Source: Takakia lepidozioides
Taxonomy: Eukaryota; Plantae; Bryophyta
Assembly: GCA_030704615.1 (NCBI GenBank)
Contig: CM060731.1
Span: forward strand, 4,340,001-4,404,000
Length of the DNA: 64,000 nucleotides
Reading direction: 5' to 3'
A program made the translations under genes and the position numbers. This document shows, piece after piece, positions 35,336-46,395 of this stretch. The number at the start of each line of letters is the position of its first letter. Position 1 is the first letter of the stretch. The notes below the pieces were generated by a model. It saw only the letters and a list, made by a program, of their open reading frames with translations, was not told the DNA's origin and did not search any database.

Positions 35336-38300
35336 TCAATGATTTCTGGAATCCCTAAGAAGGAGTTTGTGCAGCTCGTTCACGCTCAACGCCGGTGCAT
35401 GAATAAAGTCATCAATAGTCACGTTCATCCTCAACCTCTTCAGGTAAATGTAATACAGATGCTTGCACGGATAATACTTCGAACCCTTCTTTGCTTCCAT
35501 CAATGAGAAGTCCGTACAGTTGCAAGTCGGCTCCACTCCAATCGTAATTGTGTATACATCGTCGCGTACAGCCGAGCCGGCCGTTGCCATCCGATACACA
35601 CGCCCAAGGCCGGGTGGGGGTACGTCCACGGAGCTCTGAATAGTGCAAGCCATCCCAAGAGCATTGGCAATCCGAGTCTCATTCAACTTGTTGGGAGGGT
35701 GTCGTCTCTTCACTCTTCCGAATCGCATTGTGGGATGTGCAGAATTGTCCAATCCGTCTCTACTGGACCGAGCAGTATGCAATGGCTGGGTCTGAGGAAC
35801 CGGAAATGCGTGGGCCGGGATGTCTGTGCGTTGCACTATTCGAAATCCTGCTGCAGATAGAGCATCCGCCTCATTCTGAGAGAGGCTGCAACCCGGTGCA
35901 ACAGGCCAGACGCCCGGAGGCTCCGGCATTCCCTGAATCCCGTACTTGGGCTTGCCAAATACACAGGTCATTATGTCGTGCCTACAGAACCAAAATGTCT
36001 GCGTTGTGGCGTGAGCAAATGTGGGAGTCAAAAATCTGCCGCTGAAACAAGGTGCAGGTACAGCACCGTGTGGGTTCCTCCGAATCATCTCACCACAGCG
36101 TGCTCTCGTATCCACCCGGATGGCGCAACACTTCCCTCGAAATGCCGGCAATGTCCTCGCAATTCTCCACTGTGACTCCGACACTCTTGTCTCCACAATG
36201 GGAATGTTGTATTGCTTTACTACAGATGGCTCGTTATGTTGCCGGGGCACGCGCCCTGTGCTCAAAGGAGATGGCGATCTTGAACGTGCAGGACTTCCGG
36301 TGCTCGACGAGACCTCCTCGGACAACATCACCGGACCACGAGGGAGCGTGCGAATATTCTTGTCAGCTCGCCATGAATCCTCTTCTCCGCCAGGTGCCTC
36401 GTCAAGTCTTCGTCTCACTGGACGGGTATGAACATCTCCTTCCAAATGTTGGCCTCTTCGCAGCAATGGCGTGTCCCGAAGGCCCTCTCGCAAGGCCGCC
36501 GCCCACTTCCGAGGATTCTTCGATCTGGAGGCAGTCCGCATCAGCATTTCCTGCCTGTCCGGCCCCAAGCCCCACTGTTTCCCTTTCAAGAACTCGTTGT
36601 ACCTGCATTGCTGCATAATTGACCTCACAATGTCCTCCGTTGTGGCAGTGAGGATGTCCACCAGATGCGCCGCAGAGGAGGCACGCCAGGAAGAGTGCAC
36701 TGATTCGGCCATGTTTGTCGTGGGCATGTCGGTGTCGGAGTCGAGACACATTTCCTGCACAAGCACATGTTGAGGTTACAAGCAAGTTACAAATATGGCC
36801 AAGAATAATATCCAACGGGACGCGAATTCGTGCAACTCACCTCCCGCATATAGTCGCCGAACTGGAGGAAACGATAATGCCACCATGCTAGCCAACTGAC
36901 CATTGCTCCTTCGTCTGATTTCCTTACAGCACCTGACGATGTCCACCAAGCCCGTATGCATGCAAACTGTGTCTCTGCATCATCCAAGGTGGGAGCGCGC
37001 TTCCACGCAAGGCACATGGAACGGTGCTCCTCTCTGAAATCTGGCGCCACGAGCCTGGTTGTGTACTGCGAAAGGCTCTGCAGAAAGTGGAACCCACAAG
37101 ATCTCTCCTTGCCTTCCATGGGAACATTGGGGTCTTGCCCGTACACCCTTCGGATGGCAGCCCAATTTGCTTGTGCGTTGTCCGCCATGAAACCACGGAA
37201 ATTGGGAGGGGGCAATCCCGCCTTGGCCATCTGTTCGTTTATTCCCTGCCAAAGAAGCATCTCCGATTGTGTGTCCTCTCCTTTCATCTCACAAATAGCA
37301 ATTGTCATTAGCATCCTGCAGTGGGTGTCGTAGACATGTGCACCCATTGTCACCCACTGGTGATTTGTAATTCGCTTGATATGGTCGAACATGACCCAAC
37401 TGTTTGACAAGTTCCCACTCGTCATCCTGTCGACCAGTTCGACGCCACTGCCAGGTCCACACGTGGACATTTTGAATACGAAACAACGATCTGCCTCAGT
37501 CCCTTGTCCTGGAAACCTACTTCCATGAATGTAGTCATATCCACATCGTCGCTTCACCTCCAGAATGGAGTGCATATCCGAGCCACGCCCAATTTTCTGT
37601 TTGCAAGAGACAATGTGGTTTCGGACATTCGGTGAACATACGTGGGACACCGACTCGAGCAATGCCTCCATTTCCTTCTCGTCGAGAGGAACTCTATCGG
37701 AGCCGTCTTCCGACATAATTCTGGCCAATGCCATCTTATGGGCGGCTTGGAGCTGTATCTGTTTGGGTTTGGCACCCGGTCTCAACTTAACCTCCTCCTG
37801 AACGAGCTGCTCTGCTTCGTGGGCAGCCTCCCGCGAGTTCCCCCTCGCCAATTTGTGACAATGGGAACCAACGTGTATGCAAGCTCGGGTGAGGTCAGGG
37901 AAACGGTGCAACACATAGAACTGCTTGGCATTACAAACAGACATGCAGTGTGGTGGTTCTTTGCAATGCGCACACTTAAATGTGGAGTTCGGAACCTTCT
38001 CCTGAGCTCGAAATGGTTGGTGAGCTGTGCCTGTCCAATCGGTCTCGTTCCTGTGACCTCTGGATTTAAAGTGGAAGCAAGTTGGGGAGAAACACCGCAA
38101 CGCGCCCGCACAAACAACGTAGCGCACCCGCACACCATCAAGCATCTTCATGCTGGTGGTTTTGGTAACGCACCAAGGATGACCGTCATGTTTTCTATCC
38201 ATATCTGTCAACATTCCGGACGCCCTCGAGTAGTCCGCCCGAGGAGGGAACTCAAAGAAGACATTACCGTCGACGTCGGCGGGAAGGCATGTAACCGATT

Positions 38301-38928
38301 TAATTGCGAACTTGCTGTAGTCCAGCCCGGCCAGCTCCGACCGGTGTCCCTCCAGGTGAAGCCCTCGCAGAATTTCTAGAATAGATCGAACTGCGGTGCT
38401 CGTGCTGGGAATATGACTCCCTCCTCCACTGACGTCCATTGAGGACTTGCCTGATCTCCAGGACGACCTCGGAACTTCCATGACCTCGTCTGAGTCGGAC
38501 AGGTTGTGAACAACCCGGTTCTCGGTCGTCTTCATGGATGGGTTCGGCTCTGGATTTACTTCGTTGCGGACTTCTCTCTTTGAGGTACCCACTCTCTGAT
38601 TCGCGGATTGTTTCGTGGAAGGCGCCAGGATAGACGGTGCATTTGGCGGGCAAATGAAGTCCCCAACAGCCCTGTATATGACGCTGTCCGATGGTGGAAC
38701 TCGCCATTCCCTGCCATCGCCGAAATCATCGTGGAGCACAACAATACTCTCGACAACAAGGCCGTTTGAGTCCTTCCTTTCCTCCTCCAAAAAAACCGAC
38801 CCCGGTTTCAGGTGGTATCGAACGCACAGATATTTCTCCATCACCCGGCAGGTGTCCCCTCTGCACGGAAATGAAGCTCTATGCTCGTGAGGAGGGCAGT
38901 ACACTGTAGCGCTCGGGTTTTCCGCCAT
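35336..38928 (-). CDS. MULE DDE transposase with GCM-like N-terminal zinc domain and C-terminal SWIM finger; exons 38928-36841 and 36754-35336 (~1168 aa)
   Basis: CAGALRC..C, CAHC..C..C..HVGSHCH (GCM/WRKY-type). VMFDH, FMADNAQANWAAI, CGFH (CxxH), TTNMAESVH (catalytic E), CNCTDF..CKH (SWIM). An 86-nt GT-AG phase-0 intron joins the two ORFs without stops. Confidence 0.9.
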
Positions 38929-39875
38929 GGGAGATGTGCACACAAGACTGCCAGGATGGCGTGCGGGGAAGCTCCCTGGTAGAAGGGGGTGCAGCGATGG
39001 GAATGAATGCGATGCCGATTTGTCCGAGCGACGAAGCCTGATCCAAATCCAGGGAGCCAACTATCTCAAAAATCCACAGTCAGAGTGTTAATGAACCTTG
39101 TCTCCGGAATGCGGCCCCTCGTCTTTGCGCAATAACTGCCAACGGTATGCAGTCAGAAAGTGGGGGCCGTCCGGATGATGACGGCTGAAGGGGATAAGCC
39201 GGCACCGTGCCGTCACATTACTACCCCCGAATGGAAATTCGGCACCCAACATCCAACAGAGGAAGCCCGGATGAAGTCGCCTCGGGCGCAGAGGCCGGAG
39301 TGTGTGCGACAGATAACATCTTCTGGATGGAGATTCGGCGCCGAATTTCCATCCGGTCCCCCAAAGGGAGTCGTGTCGGGGGGTCAGGCCGAAAACTGGA
39401 CGGCATAAAAACATCCCCAGATGGAAAAACGGCGCCGAATTTCCATCCGGGGCGATTCGGATGCAGTCGGGGAGGGGGGAGTGGCCTGCAGTTGGCTGTC
39501 ACATTTCAACCCCCGGACGGAAATTCGGCAACGAATATCGAACAGGGGACGCCCGGATGAAGTCGCCTGGGGCACAGAGGCCGGCCAGTGTGCGACAGAG
39601 AACATCCCCTGGACGGCCATTCGGCGCCGAATTTCCATCCGGGCCCCCCAAAGGAAGTGTTGTCGGCGTGTCAGAGCGAAAACTGGCCGACATAAAAACC
39701 TCCACAGATGAGAAAACGGCGCCGAATTTCAATTCGGGGCCGTTCCAATGAAGTCGGGGAGGGGGGAGAGGTCGGAACCTGGCAGTCATATTTCAACCCC
39801 CGGGACGGAAATTCGGCACCGAATATCCAACAGAGCGGCGGAGAGGCGGCACCTCTCCGACAGAGACCATCCCCC

Positions 39876-40700
39876 GGATGGAGATTCGGCGCCGAATTTC
39901 CATCCAGCAGGTAAGTCGGATCGGTGCCATATGGATATTCGGCGCCGAATTTCCATCCTGCAGGTAATTCGAATCGTGGATGAATGGAAATTCGGCGCCG
40001 AATTTCCATCCAGCAGGTAAGTCGGATCGGTGCCATATGGATATTCGGCGCCGAATTTCCATCCTGCAGGTAATTCGAATCGTGGATGAATGGAAATTCG
40101 GCGCCGAATTTCCATCCAGCAGGTAAGTCGGATCGGTGCCATATGGATATTCGGCGCCGAATTTCCATCCTGCAGGTAATTCGAATCGTGGATGAATGGA
40201 AATTCGGCGCCGAATTTCCATCCAGCAGGTAAGTCGGATCGGTGCCATATGGATATTCGGCGCCGAATTTCCATCCTGCAGGTAATTCGAATCGTGGATG
40301 AATGGAAATTCGGCGCCGAATTTCCATCCAGCAGGTAAGTCGGATCGGTGCCATATGGATATTCGGCGCCGAATTTCCATCCTGCAGGTAATTCGAATCG
40401 TGGATGAATGGAAATTCGGCGCCGAATTTCCATCCAGCAGGTAAGTCGGATCGGGTGCCATATGGATATTCGGCGCCGAATTTCCATCCTGCAGGTAATT
40501 CGAATCGTGGATGAATGGAAATTCGGCGCCGAATTTCCATCCAGCAGGTAAGTCGGATCGGTGCCATATGGATATTCGGCGCCGAATTTCCATCCTGCAG
40601 GTAATTCGAATCGTGGATGAATGGAAATTCGGCGCCGAATTTCCATCCAGGCAGGTAAGTCGGATCGGTGCCGTATGGATATTCGGCGCCGGATTTCCAC
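39876..40700. repeat. 106-bp dimeric tandem array (~7.5 units) built on the palindrome GGAAATTCGGCGCCGAATTTCC
   Basis: AGCAGGTAAGTCGG recurs at 39906, 40012, 40118, 40224, 40330, 40436. Two alternating invariant linkers. Confidence 0.95.
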
Positions 40701-41080
40701 TCGCCATTTATTTCTGAGCGAGGAATTACCTTCGTGCAGGTATTCCCATTAAGAATTACCTTCGTGCAGGTAATTCGCATACAATTACCTTTGTGCAGGT
40801 AATTTCCAGATGACAATTACCTTCCTGCAGGTAATTCCAATCGATGTTTATTCCTCGTCCAGAATTACCTGCACAAAGGTAATTCTCATCTGGAAATTAC
40901 CTGCATGAAGGTAATTCTTGTATGTGAATTACCTGCACGAAGGTAATTCTTTATATGGGAATTACCTGCACGGAGGTAATTCCTCGCTCAAAATAAATGG
41001 CGAATCGAAATTCGGCGCCGAATATCCATATGGCACCGATCCGACTTACCTGCAGGATGGAAATTCGGCGCCGAATTACC
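40625..41080. repeat. Imperfect ~450-bp inverted repeat centred near 40850, made of AATTACCT..GCAGGTAATT units
   Basis: 40976-41053 is the reverse complement of ~40651-40728. The inner units are also mirrored. Confidence 0.85.
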
Positions 41081-41508
41081 TGCTTGAAGGAAATTTGGCG
41101 AACCGCCCTACCTGCGCGGATGGAAATTCGGCGCCGGATTTCCATCCGCGCGCATCCGAATTACCTGCGCGGATGAAATTCGGCGCCGGATTTCCATCCG
41201 CGCGCATCCGAAATTACCTGCTTGAAGGAAATTTGGCGCACCGCCCTACCGCGCGGATGGAAATTCGGCGCCGGATTTCCATCCGCGGCGCATCCGAATT
41301 ACCTGCGCGGATGGAAATTCGGCGCCCGGATTTCCATCCGCGCGCATCCGAATTACCTGCTTGAAGAAAATTTGGCGCACCGACCATTCCTACGCGGATG
41401 GAAATTCGGCGCCGGATTTCCATCCGGGGCATCCGAATTACCTGCGCGGATGGAAATTCGGCGCCGGATTTCCATCCGCGCGCAATCCGAATTACCTGCT
41501 TGAAGGAA
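41080..41508. repeat. Variant palindromic array (GGATGGAAATTCGGCGCCGGATTTCCATCC) running into the gap
   Basis: At least six units visible before the Ns. Confidence 0.9.
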
Positions 41509-42008
41509 NNNNNNNNNNNNNNNNNNNNNNNNNNNNNNNNNNNNNNNNNNNNNNNNNNNNNNNNNNNNNNNNNNNNNNNNNNNNNNNNNNNNNNNNNNNN
41601 NNNNNNNNNNNNNNNNNNNNNNNNNNNNNNNNNNNNNNNNNNNNNNNNNNNNNNNNNNNNNNNNNNNNNNNNNNNNNNNNNNNNNNNNNNNNNNNNNNNN
41701 NNNNNNNNNNNNNNNNNNNNNNNNNNNNNNNNNNNNNNNNNNNNNNNNNNNNNNNNNNNNNNNNNNNNNNNNNNNNNNNNNNNNNNNNNNNNNNNNNNNN
41801 NNNNNNNNNNNNNNNNNNNNNNNNNNNNNNNNNNNNNNNNNNNNNNNNNNNNNNNNNNNNNNNNNNNNNNNNNNNNNNNNNNNNNNNNNNNNNNNNNNNN
41901 NNNNNNNNNNNNNNNNNNNNNNNNNNNNNNNNNNNNNNNNNNNNNNNNNNNNNNNNNNNNNNNNNNNNNNNNNNNNNNNNNNNNNNNNNNNNNNNNNNNN
42001 NNNNNNNN
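41509..42008. other. Assembly gap (500 N)
   Basis: Run of N. Confidence 1.
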
Positions 42009-42472
42009 GCATTACAGGGGCACGGCCCCAACATGAAGGCAAAGAGACACTGGTTACTGTATCGTGTGATAAAACGTGCTTATCACAAAACCCAAATAAT
42101 ATTTAGAAGTGCTATGATATTTACATTGAATATGTGAAGAAACAAAAGAAACAAAAGAAAAGTAATATTATAATTTTCATAATTCAGTTTTCTTGGGCAA
42201 GCCGGGCAGAATAAAAAAATATGTTGACGATGACGTCCATTCTGTTTTCTCAATTTTTAAATATATGATAATAATACCCCCTGACGGTCCAACATTAGAA
42301 ACAGATATTTATGTTATATTGAAAAGGATATTGTATCTAACTGGTTATTTTTTCCGTTCCCTTTAATCGCCACTGTCCCCTGTTTTAAACTACTAGAAAA
42401 ATAGGATAAAACTATTAAAGAAAAGTAAGGAAAATGATAAAATGACCTGTCTCAACTTTCATTTCAACCTGT

Positions 42473-42547
42473 ACAGTTGGTAGCTCAGTTGCATTTTGCA
42501 CTGTGTGCCATCCACGTGAGTCGGGGCTCGAATCCTGCTACCTTGTC
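42473..42547 (+). repeat. tRNA-derived (SINE-like) element
   Basis: A-box TAGCTCAGTTG and B-box-like GGCTCGAATCC with tRNA spacing; stems degenerate. Confidence 0.5.
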
Positions 42548-42842
42548 TGTCGGGTGTGGTCTACATAGTTTATAACAGTTTATGAAATTCACATGTGATC
42601 TCAACTACGTCACTCGTCGTGCACGGTTTTTATATCTTCTTTTATTTATTTATTTATATTTATTAAAGGGAAACACTGCGAGGTTACTGTGAAAGAGGTT
42701 ATGCTTTCCTCTCAATATAATTAAGGGGCCTGATTTGTGAGCTGTCGCTCCCGGGTGTTTCCCTTTCTAAAAACAAAACCTCGCCATAAAGGCGTCCAAA
42801 TAGGACACCGCCCTGTGAACGGAGAAGAAAATACTACACCCG

Positions 42843-42916
42843 TCAAGATAGCAGGAGTTGACCCCAGAATCCTCTGGGTGGCTCTCAATGCACTTACCAA
42901 CTGAGCTACTGACTGT
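42843..42916 (-). repeat. Second tRNA-derived (SINE-like) element, inverted relative to the first
   Basis: TAGCTCAGTTGGTAAGTGCA..GGGGTCAACTCCTGCTATCTTG aligns with 42473-42547. Confidence 0.5.
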
Positions 42917-42989
42917 TGATTCACTGATGATACGAAGATCATCCTTCATGAGATCGGCATCCATCCATTTTGAAACAGCGGGTCGGCGA

Positions 42990-43038
42990 TGACGTCACCA
43001 GTTCCACATCGGCATCTCTCTCTCTCTCTCTCTCTCTC
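42990..43038 (+). promoter_or_regulatory. Probable promoter/TSS region of the OGT gene: TGACGTCA bZIP C-box and (TC)12 tract
   Basis: Palindrome at 42990-42997. CT microsatellite at 43015-43038, typical of plant TSS/5' UTR regions. Confidence 0.45.
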
Positions 43039-43386
43039 GCGTGCCTCTCCTCTCTGTCCGTTTGTGTGGAGCTTGCTCTCAAAATGCTCGGTTGGAGGGT
43101 GCAGACTTGATATGGTAGGCCGTGCTGATGTCGTGATTCCATATTTTCAATTTCTGCATAATCGTTAGTTACTACGAGGGTGTGGCAGTGGCTGGATACT
43201 TTTCTATACACATGAGGCAAATTGGGCAGCAGTGCATGGGGTCTACGGGAAGACCCAAATGCTCGAAATTGGCTCGCATTTGTCTTATGACCTCCCGTCT
43301 CTCTCATCCGTGTGTGGTGTATCTGCGTGGGTGTCTTTAGCAGGCCTCCTTGTCAAGGAACAAGGAGCAGGGAGGAGGTCTGTTGT

Positions 43387-43628
43387 GAGCTCTGCGCCAC
43401 TGCTAGGACGAACTGAAGATTCAAACTTATCAACTGCTCTCGAAGGGTGTAGCATACCACATGAATCCTGCCCTGAAGGTATGTCATAGTCCATGAGTAC
43501 ATCGCTCGCTTGCCCGGCTTCTTTTGAACAGAGCTCTGCGCCACTGCCAGGACAACTGAAGATTCAAACGTATTAACTTGCTCTGGAAGGGGTTAGCATA
43601 CCACATGAACCCTGCCCTGAAGGTATGT
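43387..43628. repeat. ~100-bp direct duplication
   Basis: GAGCTCTGCGCCACTGC..CTGCCCTGAAGGTATGT at 43387 and 43531. Confidence 0.85.
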
Positions 43629-46395
43629 GAGTACATCTCTCGCTTTTGAACATATTGTGTTCTCTGAACATAGGTATAAACTTGTCATTGCTCAAGAAAC
43701 AGTGCTTAGCTGCCCATACGTTTGGTTGAAGAGCACAGATGCGCTTTGTTCACAGTATATTTGAGCAGTCTATCAGGATTCCAATGGCTACCGATTGTGT
43801 TTTCTCACCTAATTTCTATCTGTCTACAAATGAGTTTGAGCTCATGGAATGCTTAATCAAGCTTTTGGAACTGCCTTGTGACTCTAGGAAGATCAGAGGG
43901 TGAGACCAGAGTTTTCTGATCTCATGTGTACGACCACTGTTGGTGGTATTTACTCAGTCCTCAAAGCTTTTAGAGATTGACATGTTGGCAAATTCTCACA
44001 ACCAGAATTTGCTGGTATTCAATTGACAAGTATGTGTGATGGCTAAGTGTTCCACTGTAACTTCTACAGGTTTTCAAAACTTTGAAACTTTGTCTTTAAA
44101 ATGTTTGTCTTATTAAAGCTACTTCAAGATAACGGAGAGAAATCAAGAATTTTCTCCACACTCAGTAGTGCGTATATGGCCTTTCAGCCTTTCATGGAGC
44201 TCCAGCCCATGTATGTAAGGTAGGTTCTCTCTCTCTGTTTGAGTCTCGAGTTGTCTATGATCTGAGTGCTAATACTGTTGGCTGAGTCTTCGCCTGTTCA
44301 CACATAACTCAGTATGTTTGCATCCTCTTACTGTGAGATTGAGACTCTAAGTTGTGAACAACAGTCTTTCCTGTTTTCTTCCTTTTGTTGTGGTTTCACA
44401 GTTCGTGTGACTTTCCTTGATGTTTTGTCCTGGTGTTTGAAATCTCTTCTTGTACACATCCTTTGTGTGGGTGTATATACAGGATTGTCCGTTGTTGATT
44501 TCAATCCTGCAACAATCTAGTATAGCGTCCAAGACCCCTTCAGATTTTATTTTAGGGGGAGGGGGGCGGGATTCCCTTAACTATAGTAGATGTAAATCCT
44601 GGGAAGATTAAAACCCTACAGAAAGCCGTGAGCCGGAAGATGGAAGCAAGATCAATCCACAATTGAAAACAAACTAGACCACTGCCGACAGAACCGTCGA
44701 CAGAAGTCAAGGCGGCCAGCATGAATACAAGCCAACAACTTAAGTGACGGGCGAGCCACCCACAAACCAAGGGAAACTCCACAAGAATTGACGGGGTCAA
44801 TCAAGATGAAGAACCCAACAAGGTAGTCGGGTTTCAAATGGGCATGTGTCACTGAAGTATTAGCGATTTGAGCAAAAGATGTCGTGGCATCAAGCCTGTC
44901 GCAACATGACATTTACAGGAGCAAGGTAGTTGGTCGAAGAGCTAGCAAGAATTGCCATCTGAAAGGCAAAAAGAAGTCTGCCTCAATCAATGAGTTTTAC
45001 ATGAAGCCATTAAACCCCACCCATGTTGTGGTAGATTGTGTACCTTCTACAACTAGCTTTATGAGGATGGGGTAGCACAGGAGCTGAAGACAATATATAG
45101 CACGGTGCTTTTATAGTTCCAATGCTAGTATCTTCAAGTATTACCAAATGTGGAGGGAACTGAAGCAAGCAAAACGACAAGCCACCACAACAAGCTGTTA
45201 TGATGAACTCCTGCTGTGTATAAATTCTCATTTGTTCAAATTTCCCATGATGCTTTATTGCATGGAAACAAGAGAGAAGCTAGAGTAGTGAAGGGACCCT
45301 GGGGTGAAAGCCAAGGAAAAGCAAAGAAAGCAAAGAAAGAAGATTACAAAGCACGAGAAGCTAAACTAAACCATCCATGGTGTCCCTTCCACCTGCAAGG
45401 AGCAAATCTGTGAAGGGAAGGGGGTTAGGATAGAGCACCAAGAGACTGAAGTTTCTTTCTTTTAACTGGACGTTAAAGGAATCTTTATCTTTATCTTTGT
45501 TGAAGATGAAAAACGACAGTTCCCATATGACATGGTCGGTAGAAGCAGAAAGCGCAAAAGATATTACTTGCAAGCGAGTCACCAGTCCACCTAATCAAGG
45601 ATCCATTGCAAAATTAACACACGCAAGCAAGAGAATTTCTCAGATGGTGTGTTTTAGGTTCTCTCTCTCGTGCAAGATCCAAGCAAAGCGCGATTGACTA
45701 AACAAAGTGCGATTGACTAAACTGCGCCTAACATGCCAACAATAGCTGCAATCGATCCGGCAGTTGGCAAAGATGCAGACGGCAACGTTGACTTGTTTGG
45801 GCGTGCGGTCGCATGGTATGGACGATGGACGATGGGTTTTCGATGGAAAAATGAGTACCGGGGTATCCAGTATCCACGTTGGAGAGAAACAAAATTGCCC
45901 TGATTAGGATTAGGTGATTCGTTATTGAGAGTAAGTGAAGGCGATGGATGGCGATGGTAGTACTTAGGAGGGGGGGTGCTTTGTGTGCACGAGGATGTGC
46001 CTGTCCTCCTGGCCAGGGCGAGGTGCAATCCAGCTCCATGCTTAAGATTGTTGTTTCATACTTTTCAGGAAGCAATGCACATGGATGCGTATTTGAGTAG
46101 GTTCTTAAGAGATTGCTGACGATTGTAGGACAGGAACATATCTGCTGAGGGTGTAGTCGGTTTGAGTCGGCCGAGTTTGTTCAGCTCTGATGCTGCCCAG
46201 GCAGTGGGCATGGAGGTACCGCATCTGCTTGAAAGAGAGTTAAGGACGAGTCAATATAGGGACGCTGATTACTGGCATGTGTTTGTGAAGGAGTGAGCGG
46301 TAGGTGGTGCTTGTCCTGGGGATTGGATCATCCCTCAATCAGAATCAGTTGGGATAAGGAGAGATCCGCTGCGGTGGGCGTGGAGCTGTGTGAAG

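Larger units (their letters stand above)
34569..41508 (-). mobile_element. Mutator-like (MULE) element copy 2, potentially autonomous; distal end lost in the gap
   Basis: The terminus GGAGGTTTGCTATTTCATGAGC at 34569 is shared with copy 1, which has different flanks. Intact transposase and subterminal palindromic arrays on both sides. Confidence 0.9.

Noticed and set aside
39876-40700. CRISPR-like array of palindromic repeats
   Set aside because: The spacers are just two alternating invariant sequences, there are no cas genes, and the context is a eukaryotic transposon. It is a tandem repeat.
39671-42137. 200-380 aa ORFs in the array and across the gap
   Set aside because: Products of stop-poor repeats in all frames, or of N runs.
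42473-42916. Functional tRNA genes
   Set aside because: Acceptor and anticodon stems do not pair convincingly and the B-boxes are degenerate.
44520-46030. Possible decayed retroelement in the OGT leader region
   Set aside because: Composition is suggestive, but I could not identify a diagnostic motif or termini.
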